Of a DNA stretch of 24,000 nucleotides, positions 1-8,234 are shown in pieces. Position numbers and translations under genes: made by a program. The stretch is from Fervidicella metallireducens AeB. GTDB lineage: Bacteria > Bacillota > Clostridia > Clostridiales > Caloramatoraceae. The stretch covers positions 129,755-153,754 of the forward strand of contig NZ_AZQP01000001.1 in the NCBI RefSeq assembly GCF_000601455.1. The letters run 5' to 3'. A model generated the notes under the pieces. That model was not told the DNA's origin and did no database searches. It saw only the letters and a program-made list of their open reading frames with translations. Positions within the stretch are counted from its first letter, which is position 1, and each line of letters begins with the position of its first letter.

Positions 1-1
1 G

Positions 2-742
2 GCTGCTGTTTTAGCAGATGGGGAAACAACAATAGAAAATGCAGCTGAGGAACCTGAAATAGTTGATTTAGCAAATTTCTTAAATAGCATGGGGGCAAGC
101 ATAATTGGGGCTGGAACTGATACAGTTAAGATTTGCGGAGTGAAAGAGTTAAATGGTACAAAACACCAAGTCATACCTGACAGAATTGAGGCTGGAACAT
201 ATATGGTTGCTGCTGCTTTAACACATGGAGATGTAATTATTGAAAATATTATTCTTGAGCACATAAGACCTATGATAGCAAAGCTTAACGAAGCAGGAAT
301 AACAATAATAGAGGAACCAACCAGAATAAGGGTAATAGGAAAAAACAGACCAAAGGCAGTGGATATAAAAACAATGCCATATCCAGGATTTCCCACAGAT
401 ATGCAGGCACAGTTTATGGCACTGATGAGTATAGCTGAGGGAACATCAATCATAACAGAAACAGTTTTTGAAAATAGGTTTATGCACGTTACGGAACTTA
501 AGAGGATGAGTGCAGATATTAAAATTGATGGAAGAAGTGCTGTTATAGAGGGGAAAAACAAACTGACAGGAGCAAAGGTTAAAGCTACAGATTTAAGAGC
601 GGGAGCAGCATTGATATTAGCAGGATTAGTTGCGGAAGGTACAACAGAAATCTTTGATGTTCACCATATAGACAGGGGCTATGTTGATGTAGTTGGAAAG
701 TTTAAATTACTTGGGGCAGATATAGAAAGAATAACAGAATAA
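2..742 (+). CDS. murA: UDP-N-acetylglucosamine 1-carboxyvinyltransferase MurA, C-terminal part (5' end lies outside the window)
   Basis: The frame is open from position 2 ([31 protein letters not shown]...), and this continues into the listed ORF 89..742. The protein has a typical MurA C-terminal half ([40 protein letters not shown]). It sits upstream of spoIID, as in Bacillus. Confidence 0.9.
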   Translation, partial: AAVLADGETTIENAAEEPEIVDLANFLNSMGASIIGAGTDTVKICGVKELNGTKHQVIPDRIEAGTYMVAAALTHGDVIIENIILEHIRPMIAKLNEAGITIIEEPTRIRVIGKNRPKAVDIKTMPYPGFPTDMQAQFMALMSIAEGTSIITETVFENRFMHVTELKRMSADIKIDGRSAVIEGKNKLTGAKVKATDLRAGAALILAGLVAEGTTEIFDVHHIDRGYVDVVGKFKLLGADIERITE

Positions 743-768
743 AAATCTAGAATTATATATATGACAGT

Positions 769-849
769 AACCCTATAATCTCATCAGTCAATCAAGAAAA
801 TAAAGCTTTGGGGCAGTTGACTGAGGAGATTATGGGGTTTGTGTTTTTA
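769..849 (+). terminator. Long-stem hairpin followed by a T-run, probably the murA terminator
   Basis: aaccctataatctcatcagtcaa (769-791) pairs with ttgactgaggagattatggggtt (817-839). The stem is about 23 bp with two G.U/mismatch positions and a 25-nt loop, and it is followed by gtgttttt. Confidence 0.5.
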
Positions 850-950
850 AACTTACACACATGATTAAAAACAAGCATAATTTTCATATTATAAAAATAA
901 AATTGTATATGAGGATTGTCCATAGTTTTTTACAAAAGGGAGGTTGTTTG

Positions 951-1994
951 GTGAGAAAAGTTGGATATTATGTCTTGTTAATAGTTTTTTTAATGATAAT
1001 AATTCCTGTAATAGTGCTTAATGGAGTTGGACCTGGTATTGAACTACCTAAAATTATACACAAAATAACAGAAAAAGTTCCTAAGGAAGTTGAATATAAT
1101 GACAAAAATGGTGGACCAAAGATAAAATTATACAATAAGGCTGAGGATAAAATTATTGAATTATATTTGGAAGATTATTTAAGAGGAGTAGTTGCAGCTG
1201 AAACACCAGCTTCATTTGAGTTAGAGGCATTAAAAGCACAGGCTATAGCAGCAAGAACCTTTGCAGTTGCACATATGAATGTATATGGAGGGAATGGATG
1301 TGCCAGACATAATGGAGCTGATGTATGCAGTGAGGTTCATTGTCAAGCCTGGATGTCTAAGCAGGAAAGGATGAAAAGCTGGGATGGCGAAAATGCAGAG
1401 AAATATTGGAAAAAAATTTCTGATGCAGTTGATTCTACAAGAGGAATGGTTATAACATATGAAGGAAAGCTGGCTAAGGATATAAAGTACCACGCATCAA
1501 GCGGTGGAAAAACTGAAAACAGTGTCAGTGTATTTGGTTATGAATCTCCATACCTGGTTAGTGTAGATAGTCCCTATGAAAAAGGAAACAGCAGATTTAC
1601 TTCTGTGGTTACATTAAAAAAGCAGGATTTTATCAATAGGCTAAAAGAAAGTAACCCGTCATTAAAGCTATCTGTAAAAACATTATCATCCCAAGTTAAA
1701 GTAATATCCTATACAGATGGAGGAAGGGTTAAAGATATAAAAATTGGAGATAAAATTTTTACAGGTGTAGATATCAGGTGGGCAGTTGGACTGAAATCCG
1801 CTAACTTTACCATCAAATTTGATAAAGATAACATAATATTTACGGTTGTTGGAAGTGGTCACGGGGTAGGGCTTAGCCAGTGGGGGGCTAATGAAATGGC
1901 TAAAAGAGGAAGTAATTATAGTGAGATTTTGAAGCACTATTATAAAGGAACAGAACTTAAGGAGATTGATAAAGTATTTGAGAATAAAAAGTAA
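951..1994 (+). CDS. spoIID: Stage II sporulation protein D (SpoIID, lytic transglycosylase)
   Basis: SpoIID family motifs are present: ALKAQAIAARTFAV, YHASSGGKTEN, GHGVGLSQWGANEMAKRG. There is an N-terminal TM segment. GTG 951 is the preferred start because AAGGGAGG (936-943) lies 7 nt upstream. The ORF track extends to ATG 861, which has no SD. Confidence 0.85.
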   Translation: MRKVGYYVLLIVFLMIIIPVIVLNGVGPGIELPKIIHKITEKVPKEVEYNDKNGGPKIKLYNKAEDKIIELYLEDYLRGVVAAETPASFELEALKAQAIAARTFAVAHMNVYGGNGCARHNGADVCSEVHCQAWMSKQERMKSWDGENAEKYWKKISDAVDSTRGMVITYEGKLAKDIKYHASSGGKTENSVSVFGYESPYLVSVDSPYEKGNSRFTSVVTLKKQDFINRLKESNPSLKLSVKTLSSQVKVISYTDGGRVKDIKIGDKIFTGVDIRWAVGLKSANFTIKFDKDNIIFTVVGSGHGVGLSQWGANEMAKRGSNYSEILKHYYKGTELKEIDKVFENKK

Positions 1995-2000
1995 AAAAAT

Positions 2001-2040
2001 GAGCATCTTACATATTGTAGGATGCTCTTAAATTTTTTTC
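2001..2040 (+). terminator. Rho-independent terminator after spoIID
   Basis: gagcatcttac (2001-2011) pairs with gtaggatgctc (2017-2027), followed by ttaaattttttt. Confidence 0.7.
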
Positions 2041-2097
2041 TCTCCACATGTATTATATTCCATATTCTGGACAAACTAAATAATGGAGGTGTTCTCA

Positions 2098-2880
2098 ATG
2101 GGAGTTAAGAACATGTTTAAGAAATCATCTAAATTATTTGAGAAGGAGGGCTTCTACATTATCTTATTTGTCTGCTTATGTATAGTTGCGGTTACCGCTG
2201 TATACATATCTAGGCAAAACAAGGACATTACCAGTCAGCCTGGAACAAATAAGATAGTGGAAGAAAAAGAAACTTCAAAAAAGCCTGTTCAAAATGAAGC
2301 AGACCCTGTAATTAACCCTTCTAACAACACTACAGAAACCCTGAACAACACAAATAATACTAGTTCCATTTCCACTACAAAACCTTCAACAGAAAAAAAT
2401 ACTGCTGTTGTTAAAAAAGACAGCAATCCAAAATTCAAAATGATTATGCCAGTTGAGGGTGATATAGTAAAAGGTTTTGACAAAGAGCAACTACAAGAAT
2501 CAAAGACGATGCAGCAATGGGAAACACATGAGGGTATTGATATCATGTGCGATATGGGAACAGAAGTTAAAGCTGCACAAAGTGGCAAAGTTGTTGAAGT
2601 AAATCAGGATAATACGATATTGCATGGAACTAAATCGGGGTTTGGAGTTACAGTGGTTATAGATCATGGCAATGGAGTCAGATCTTATTACTGTAATTTA
2701 AATGAAAATGTAAAGGTTAAGGTTAATGATGTAGTTAAGAAGGGGCAGGTACTTGGTGTAGTAGGAGATACTTCGATTAGAGAGGCTGTAAGTATTGAAG
2801 GAAGCCACCTACATTTTACTGTAAAAAAGAAAGTTAACAAAGAGTATGTAACAGTTAATCCTATGGACTATTTGAAGTAG
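2098..2880 (+). CDS. spoIIQ: Membrane-anchored M23/LytM peptidase-domain protein, SpoIIQ-like by position
   Basis: It has an N-terminal TM helix (FYIILFVCLCIVAVTAVYI), a low-complexity linker and a C-terminal LytM domain with HEGIDI (HxxxD) and SHLHF (HxH). It lies between spoIID and spoIIID, as spoIIQ does in Bacillus. ATG 2098 has GGAGGTG 6 nt upstream. Confidence 0.65.
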   Translation: MGVKNMFKKSSKLFEKEGFYIILFVCLCIVAVTAVYISRQNKDITSQPGTNKIVEEKETSKKPVQNEADPVINPSNNTTETLNNTNNTSSISTTKPSTEKNTAVVKKDSNPKFKMIMPVEGDIVKGFDKEQLQESKTMQQWETHEGIDIMCDMGTEVKAAQSGKVVEVNQDNTILHGTKSGFGVTVVIDHGNGVRSYYCNLNENVKVKVNDVVKKGQVLGVVGDTSIREAVSIEGSHLHFTVKKKVNKEYVTVNPMDYLK

Positions 2881-2892
2881 CCATAGAAAACA

Positions 2893-2936
2893 GGGGGGCT
2901 TGCGAACTTTCATTTGTTGGTAAGCGCCCTTTTTTA
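2893..2936 (+). terminator. Probable terminator after the spoIIQ-like gene
   Basis: An imperfect GC-rich hairpin (gggggcttgc ... ggtaagcgccc) is followed by tttttt at 2930-2935. Confidence 0.45.
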
Positions 2937-3016
2937 AGATTATTATTAATTTTCAATTATAAATTCATATGTTTTGTCATATTTTATAAAAGAAGCATTT
3001 AAAGGAGGTACCTGAT

Positions 3017-3271
3017 TTGAAGGACTACATTGAAGAAAGAGTTCTAGAAGTAGCTAGGTATATAATTGAATCAAGAGCCACCATTAGAAAAACAGCAAAA
3101 ATGTTTGGAGTAAGTAAAAGTACAGTACACAAGGATATAACAGAGAGGCTGCCCAAAATAAATCCCCAAGTAGCAAAAGAAGCAAAGGACATATTAGATT
3201 TAAATAAATCAGAAAGACACATAAGAGGTGGAAAAGCTACAAAAATGAAATACAAAGCAGCAGATTTATAA
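3017..3271 (+). CDS. spoIIID: Sporulation transcriptional regulator SpoIIID
   Basis: The 84-aa product MKDYIEERVLEVARYIIESRATIRKTAKMFGVSKSTVHKDITERLPKINP... is close to my recollection of B. subtilis SpoIIID (GVSKSTVHKD HTH). The start is TTG with AAGGAGG (3002-3008) upstream. Confidence 0.93.
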   Translation: MKDYIEERVLEVARYIIESRATIRKTAKMFGVSKSTVHKDITERLPKINPQVAKEAKDILDLNKSERHIRGGKATKMKYKAADL

Positions 3272-3381
3272 TAAATTTCATCCTACAAAGAAAAACTCCT
3301 ATTAATAGAAGGATTTCTATAATATTTATAGAATATTTATAGAAATATACAATGTTTTAAAATAGTAGGGAGTGAAAATAC

Positions 3382-4400
3382 GTGGGACTGTTTGGCATGA
3401 GTAATGATATAGGCATAGATTTAGGTACAGCTAGTGTCCTTGTATTTATCAAGGGAAAGGGAATTGTACTTAATGAGCCATCTGTTGTGGCTATAGATAA
3501 ATCAAATAACAAAATTCTTGCTGTAGGTGAGGATGCAAGAAAAATGATTGGAAGAACACCTGGCAACATTGTTGCAATCAGACCATTAAGAGATGGTGTT
3601 ATATCAGATTATGATATTACTGAAAAGATGCTTCAGTATTTTATAAGGAAATCTGGTGGAGCTAAGGGTTGGGGAAAGCCTAGGGTTGTGATTTGCATCC
3701 CGTGTGAGGCAACTGAGGTTGAAAAAAGAGCAGTTAAAGACGCAGCAATAAATGCTGGAGCAAGAAAAGTATACCTGATTGAGGAACCTATAGCTGCAGC
3801 AATAGGCTCAGGTCTAGATATTTCAAGGCCTAGTGGCTGCATGGTAGTTGATATTGGTGGTGGTACAACCGATGTTGCAGTTATATCCCTAGGTGGAATG
3901 GTAGTACGTTCATCAATAAAGGTTGCTGGTGATAGATTTGATGAAGCAATAGCAAAATATATAAGGAAACATAATAAAATAATGATTGGTGAAAGAACAG
4001 CTGAAGACTTAAAGATTAATATTGGTTGTGCTTTTGAAAGGGAAGAAGATTTATCTATGGAAGTCAGGGGAAGGGATTTAATAACAGGACTTCCTAAGAA
4101 CATTATTGTAACATCTGAAGAGATGAGACGTGCTTTAGAAGAACCAGTTAATGCAATTGCAGAATGTGTACATTCCGTTCTTGAAAAAACGCACCTGAAC
4201 TAGCTGCTGATATCAGTGAGAGGGGAATTCTAATGACAGGTGGAGGTTCTCTTCTATGGGGACTAGATAAATTTATTCAGGAAAAAACAGGCGTACCAGT
4301 CAGGGTGTCAGATGATACTATTGCTAGTGTTGCAAAGGGAACGGGAGTTGTTATACAAAATTTAGAAAAATATCAGGATGTAACAGTTGCAGCATATTAA
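3382..4400 (+). pseudogene. mreB: Rod-shape protein MreB/Mbl, reading frame interrupted by a 1-nt shift near 4185-4200
   Basis: Frame 1 (3382-4203) encodes DIGIDLGTASVLVF...VVDIGGGTTDVAVISLGG...VLEKT and then stops. Frame 3 continues from 4191 with APELAADISERGILMTGGGSLLWGLDKFIQEKTGVPVRVSDDTIASVAKGTG... and ends at TAA 4398-4400. The two parts together make a full-length MreB. The break coincides with the A6 run at 4184-4189. Confidence 0.85.
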
Positions 4401-4472
4401 CTTTCATTAACTTATCAGACTGATGAGTCTGTAGAAGTATTTTTGCAACTTAAGGTAGTCCTATGTCTATAT

Positions 4473-4510
4473 GTCTCCTTTGAATTTTCAAGGGAGACCT
4501 TTTATTTTTA
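4473..4510 (+). terminator. Rho-independent terminator after mreB
   Basis: gtctcctttgaa pairs with ttcaagggagac (one G.U pair), followed by cttttattttt. Confidence 0.65.
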
Positions 4511-4631
4511 ATTCTGATAAATATAATATAATCAACACATATTATCTGATAATAAAATTTTTATTACCAGACTACAATTTATCCTCAATTTGTATTATAA
4601 TAAAATAAAAGTGCTGAATGGAGGAGATATT

Positions 4632-5054
4632 ATGGAGAACATAGATATTCAGAGTATTTTACCACACAGATATCCTTTTTTACTGGTTGATAGAATAATG
4701 GAAATTGAGGAAGGTAAAAGAGCAGTTGGAATTAAAAATGTAACAATTAATGAGCCTTTTTTTCAAGGACATTTTCCTGGTAATCCAATAATGCCTGGTG
4801 TTTTAATTGTAGAAGCAATGGCACAGGTAGGGGCAGTTGCAATATTGTCAACGGAAGAATATAAGGGAAAACTCGCTGTTTTTACTGGTATAGAAAAAAT
4901 GAAGTTTAGAAAACAAGTAGTTCCAGGAGATACATTGAAGATGGAGGCTGAAATGATTGCGCTAAAAAGGGGTATCGGAAAAGCAAAGGTTTGTGCAACT
5001 GTTGACGGTAAAATAGCTGCAGAAGGAGAATTAATGTTTGCAATATTAAAATAA
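4632..5054 (+). CDS. fabZ: 3-hydroxyacyl-ACP dehydratase FabZ
   Basis: FabZ motifs are present: [13 protein letters not shown] and [26 protein letters not shown] 4632 is preceded by GGAGGAG. The ORF track start at 4590 has no SD. Confidence 0.93.
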   Translation: MENIDIQSILPHRYPFLLVDRIMEIEEGKRAVGIKNVTINEPFFQGHFPGNPIMPGVLIVEAMAQVGAVAILSTEEYKGKLAVFTGIEKMKFRKQVVPGDTLKMEAEMIALKRGIGKAKVCATVDGKIAAEGELMFAILK

Positions 5055-5078
5055 CAACTAAAAAATTTTTATTCATAT

Positions 5079-5112
5079 AAAGCCCATGGATCTATTTAAG
5101 ATTATGGGCTTT
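5079..5112. terminator. Hairpin between the convergent genes fabZ and yyaC, possibly a bidirectional terminator
   Basis: aaagcccat (5079-5087) pairs with atgggcttt (5104-5112), with a 16-nt loop. Confidence 0.5.
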
Positions 5113-5146
5113 GTTAATTTAGAAATATTTAGATTTCGTGACTTTT

Positions 5147-5692
5147 TTAAAATAGGTCCTTGTTCGCTGCTAATAACAAAGCTCTTGAAATAACTTCAGA
5201 CATTTTCATAACAAAATTTAATCGTATGTTTCTGATTGAAAATAAGTCAGAATTATCTATAGTATCAACAACCCCAACGATTGAAATATCACCAACACGG
5301 GGAAGGGTTTTTCCCACTCCTTTTCCAGGATGAACAGGTCCCATTTTTACTTGGATATCTCCTACACAATCATCATAACCTAGGCATGCATCAATGGCTA
5401 TAACAAAATAATCTGGATACTTTGATTTTATTCCCTTAATGACTGTTTCAAGATTAATTGCATGAGCGGGTTTTTCTAGTGTGCCTATGACAGGGTGTGG
5501 AAAATCAGATTTACATAGGAATGTACCAACTAAAGGTCCAAGACAGTCTCCAATACATTTATCAGTTCCTATGCAAACTATTAAAGTTTTTTCTTTAATA
5601 AATGATGACAAATATTGTCCTAGCATTTCAGATGCATTTTCATCTTCATAGTTAAGTCTAATACCTACAGAATCAATATTACTATTTGGCAA
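5147..5692 (-). CDS. yyaC: Spore protease YyaC (GPR-like endopeptidase family)
   Basis: IVCIGTDKCIGDCLGPLVGTFL and AIDACLG match the YyaC family signature. TTG 5692 is preferred because AAGGGGGTG lies 6 nt upstream. The alternative start is GTG 5701, the end of the ORF-track ORF. Confidence 0.8.
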   Translation of the reverse strand: MPNSNIDSVGIRLNYEDENASEMLGQYLSSFIKEKTLIVCIGTDKCIGDCLGPLVGTFLCKSDFPHPVIGTLEKPAHAINLETVIKGIKSKYPDYFVIAIDACLGYDDCVGDIQVKMGPVHPGKGVGKTLPRVGDISIVGVVDTIDNSDLFSIRNIRLNFVMKMSEVISRALLLAANKDLF

Positions 5693-5878
5693 AGATTTCA
5701 CCCCCTTGATTATATATATAAATAAGGGGAGTAATTTTATTACATAAAATTCGATGAATAATTATTTTAAAAAAAGTAATAATAACAGATGTAATATTAG
5801 AAGGTAGGTGAGTTATGCAGTGAAAAAAATTATTGATTCAGCCCTTATATGCGTACTTACATTAATAACGGTCATTGC

Positions 5879-6457
5879 ATGATGACTTTTAGAATTGAAA
5901 ATCAGAATTTCCCTGTTAACGAGGTTCTTGATGAAATTGATACTACAACTCATGTAGAAAAACCAGATGGAACAGGGTATATTTTTGATGACTTTGAAAA
6001 AGAGATTAATTTACCACTTGATAGTAAAGATGACATAGAGGTGAACTCATTAAAGGAAAAAAACAAAAAAATAAACATGGAGAATGGTATAAAAGAATAT
6101 TTTCTAAGATACAGCATGATGAAATCTAAAAATGATGAAGACTATAATTTAAGTCTAAGCAATAGAAACAAAGCATATAAAACACTTTCATTGAATGTAC
6201 AGAATAAAAAAGGCTCAAAACCAATCCAATTATCTCAGGCAAAGGAATATGAAAAAAAGTTGGACTACGAAGATAAAATATCTTTAATCAAGATATCAAA
6301 AAATTTCAGCACTTCAGAAATAAATGATATTAAAAGGGCAATAGATAGGGGACCTAGCTATGAAGATACTAGAAAAATTTTAGATATGTTGAAGAAAAGA
6401 TTAAAAAGTGAAGAATATGAAAGATTGATTAAAATAGTTGATAAATTTCAACAATAA
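5879..6457 (+). CDS. Hypothetical Lys/Glu-rich protein
   Basis: This is a long ORF in a coding-like frame with no family I recognise. The start is ambiguous (5849, 5879 or 5882). It overlaps the stop of a 20-codon hydrophobic ORF at 5820-5882 (see findings). Confidence 0.55.
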   Translation: MMTFRIENQNFPVNEVLDEIDTTTHVEKPDGTGYIFDDFEKEINLPLDSKDDIEVNSLKEKNKKINMENGIKEYFLRYSMMKSKNDEDYNLSLSNRNKAYKTLSLNVQNKKGSKPIQLSQAKEYEKKLDYEDKISLIKISKNFSTSEINDIKRAIDRGPSYEDTRKILDMLKKRLKSEEYERLIKIVDKFQQ

Positions 6458-6460
6458 ATC

Positions 6461-6533
6461 TGGCTGATAAGTCATTGTGAATTCAAACCTGTTATGGGGC
6501 AGAGTTTTTAAAATTCACTTGACTTATCAGCCA
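6461..6533. terminator. Long-stem hairpin between convergent genes, possibly a bidirectional terminator
   Basis: tggctgataagtcattgtgaatt (6461-6483) pairs with aattcacttgacttatcagcca (6512-6533). The stem is about 21 bp with a small internal mismatch. Confidence 0.5.
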
Positions 6534-6535
6534 TT

Positions 6536-7294
6536 TTAATTTTCATCTTTATTTATTCCATTACATAAGCTGCTTATTTTTGACTTATCCCAGATATTTA
6601 GCTGTTCTATATTCATTAATGCTCCAAGTATATTATCTTCAGCTTGAGGGATATCTAATTTAATTTGTTTTACCAAATCTTTCATGTATTGTCTTTGAGT
6701 ATGACCGTTGGCAGGGCATGGGTTTTTAACAATTGGAAGATTGAGTTTGTTAACAGTTCCAATTATATCCTTCTCACTAACATATACCATAGGTCTAATT
6801 AAATAAAGATCCTTTATGGAAAGGTAAGTCACTGGTGAAAATGTATTTATTCTCCCTTCATAAAGTAATGACATTAGGAATGTTTCAATAGCGTCGTTAG
6901 AATGATGACCAAGTGCAACTTTATTACAGCCTAATTCCTTTGCCGCATCATGCAGGACACCTCTTCGCATTTTTGCACATAGTGAGCACGGATTTTTTTC
7001 TTTTCTAACGTTAAATAATATTTCTCCTATTTGAGTATCAATAATTTTGTAAGTGATATCCTCTTTTTTGCATAATTCAATCAGGGGAGAGGGGTCGTAT
7101 CCTTCCAGTCCCATACTTATGGTAACTGCACATAGTTCAAATTTTTGAGGTGAAAATTTTCTATATTGGTTTAAAGCAAGAAGAAGCAAGGTGCTGTCTT
7201 TTCCCCCAGATAAACCAACTGCAATTCTATCTCCATCTTGTATCATATTGAAGTCCTGTATAGCCCTTCTAAGTTTACTTAGTATCTGTTTCAT
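6536..7294 (-). CDS. ttcA: PP-loop ATPase of the TtcA family (tRNA 2-thiocytidine biosynthesis-like)
   Basis: It carries the SGGKDS PP-loop, CSLCAKMRRG and GHHSNDAIETFLMSL, with the overall TtcA layout. ATG 7294 has AAGGTGA 6 nt upstream. The ORF track begins at GTG 7297. Confidence 0.75.
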   Translation of the reverse strand: MKQILSKLRRAIQDFNMIQDGDRIAVGLSGGKDSTLLLLALNQYRKFSPQKFELCAVTISMGLEGYDPSPLIELCKKEDITYKIIDTQIGEILFNVRKEKNPCSLCAKMRRGVLHDAAKELGCNKVALGHHSNDAIETFLMSLLYEGRINTFSPVTYLSIKDLYLIRPMVYVSEKDIIGTVNKLNLPIVKNPCPANGHTQRQYMKDLVKQIKLDIPQAEDNILGALMNIEQLNIWDKSKISSLCNGINKDEN

Positions 7295-7504
7295 CACATA
7301 TCACCTTTCTATTAAAAGTATGCCAATTTACACAAGGTAAATTATATATCAAATTTTATAAATATGAAAGTCAATTATAAAAATTAAGAACTGAAAACAA
7401 GAATATGGGGATTAAAATATTATGTAAACATGAGCGAAAAATAAAGATTTTAATAGGAATACTGCGTAAAATATATAAACTCAAAATTTAATACACTTGT
7501 TGTA

Positions 7505-7533
7505 TTGCTATTAAAACAAATATTATGTATACT
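7505..7533 (+). promoter_or_regulatory. Candidate sigma-A promoter for the first tRNA triad
   Basis: TTGCTA (7505-7510), 17 nt, then TATACT (7528-7533), about 37 nt upstream of tRNA-Val. Confidence 0.5.
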
Positions 7534-7569
7534 AATCTATGTCTTCAAGGGACGGCAAACAAATTTGAC

Positions 7570-7645
7570 GGGCGCATAGCTCAGCTGGGAGAGCATCTGC
7601 CTTACAAGCAGAGGGTCACAGGTTCGATCCCTGTTGTGCCCACCA
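7570..7645 (+). tRNA. tRNA-Val (anticodon TAC), CCA encoded
   Basis: The acceptor stem is gggcgca/tgtgccc, the anticodon loop is cttacaa, the T-arm is ggttcgatcc, and the 3' end is CCA. Length is 76 nt. Confidence 0.92.
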
Positions 7646-7652
7646 TATGAAT

Positions 7653-7728
7653 GCCGGCTTAGCTCAATTGGCAGAGCAACTGACTTGTAATCAGTAGGTT
7701 GTAGGTTCAAGTCCTATAGCCGGCTCCA
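7653..7728 (+). tRNA. tRNA-Thr (anticodon TGT), CCA encoded
   Basis: The acceptor stem is gccggct/agccggc, the anticodon loop is cttgtaa, and the T-arm is ggttcaagtcc. Length is 76 nt. Confidence 0.9.
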
Positions 7729-7733
7729 TATAC

Positions 7734-7818
7734 GGAGGAGTTCCCGAGTGGCCAAAGGGGGCGGACTGTAAATCCGTTAGCACAGCTTTCGATGGTTCGA
7801 ATCCATCCTCCTCCACCA
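7734..7818 (+). tRNA. tRNA-Tyr (anticodon GTA), long variable arm, CCA encoded
   Basis: The acceptor stem is ggaggag/ctcctcc, the anticodon loop is ctgtaaa, there is a long variable arm, and the T-arm is ggttcgaatcc. Length is 85 nt. Confidence 0.9.
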
Positions 7819-7849
7819 AAATAAAATTATATTGTCATAAAAAATAATG

Positions 7850-7878
7850 TTGACAAATATTAAAACACAATATATAAT
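7850..7878 (+). promoter_or_regulatory. Perfect-consensus sigma-A promoter inside the tRNA cluster
   Basis: TTGACA (7850-7855), a 17-nt spacer, then TATAAT (7873-7878), 20 nt upstream of the second tRNA-Val. Confidence 0.7.
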
Positions 7879-7898
7879 AGAATATGTCATTAAGATAT

Positions 7899-7974
7899 GG
7901 GCGCATAGCTCAGCTGGGAGAGCATCTGCCTTACAAGCAGAGGGTCACAGGTTCGATCCCTGTTGTGCCCACCA
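7899..7974 (+). tRNA. tRNA-Val (anticodon TAC), second copy
   Basis: Identical in sequence to 7570-7645. Confidence 0.92.
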
Positions 7975-7981
7975 TATAAAT

Positions 7982-8057
7982 GCCGGCTTAGCTCAATTGG
8001 CAGAGCAACTGACTTGTAATCAGTAGGTTGTAGGTTCAAGTCCTATAGCCGGCTCCA
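7982..8057 (+). tRNA. tRNA-Thr (anticodon TGT), second copy
   Basis: Identical in sequence to 7653-7728. Confidence 0.9.
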
Positions 8058-8062
8058 AATGC

Positions 8063-8147
8063 GGAGGAGTTCCCGAGTGGCCAAAGGGGGCGGACTGTAA
8101 ATCCGTTAGCACAGCTTTCGATGGTTCGAATCCATCCTCCTCCACCA
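8063..8147 (+). tRNA. tRNA-Tyr (anticodon GTA), second copy
   Basis: Identical in sequence to 7734-7818. Confidence 0.9.
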
Positions 8148-8171
8148 AAAGACGCTAAAAGCGTCTTTTTT
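8148..8171 (+). terminator. Rho-independent terminator of the tRNA operon
   Basis: gacgc (8151-8155) pairs with gcgtc (8161-8165) around the loop taaaa, followed by tttttt. Confidence 0.8.
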
Positions 8172-8234
8172 ATTATTTCTGAAAAATATTCTGAGGTAAA
8201 TTATATAATATATTAATCAGGGTGGGGTATCTTT

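Larger units (their letters stand above)
7570..8147 (+). repeat. Tandem duplication of a Val-Thr-Tyr tRNA unit (two copies about 329 nt apart)
   Basis: The tRNA sequences at 7570-7818 and 7899-8147 are identical. Only the short inter-tRNA spacers differ, by a few substitutions (catatgaatg vs catataaatg; ccatatacgg vs ccaaatgcgg). Confidence 0.9.

Noticed and set aside
880-925. Sigma-E-type promoters upstream of spoIID, and sporulation-sigma promoters upstream of the spoIIQ-like gene and spoIIID.
   Set aside because: ATA-rich segments resembling the -35 and -10 elements can be found. In DNA this AT-rich, the matches and spacings were not convincing enough to annotate without a scoring matrix.
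861-950. Upstream extension of spoIID to ATG 861 or ATG 909, as given in the ORF track.
   Set aside because: Neither ATG has an SD, and the added residues (MIKNKHNFHIIKIKLYMRIVHS...) look non-coding. GTG 951 has a strong AAGGGAGG and starts directly at the expected TM segment.
3323-3344. A perfect tandem 11-nt direct repeat, tatttatagaa x2, upstream of mreB.
   Set aside because: It is short, has only two copies, lies in very AT-rich DNA and matches no regulator consensus I know (it is not SpoIIID-like). It may be slippage or part of a promoter, but the evidence is too weak for a claim.
7321-7380. A minus-strand TTGACT element as the ttcA promoter.
   Set aside because: No acceptable -10 lies at a 16-18 nt spacing. 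The best TATAAT is 22 nt away, so the promoter call is not supported.
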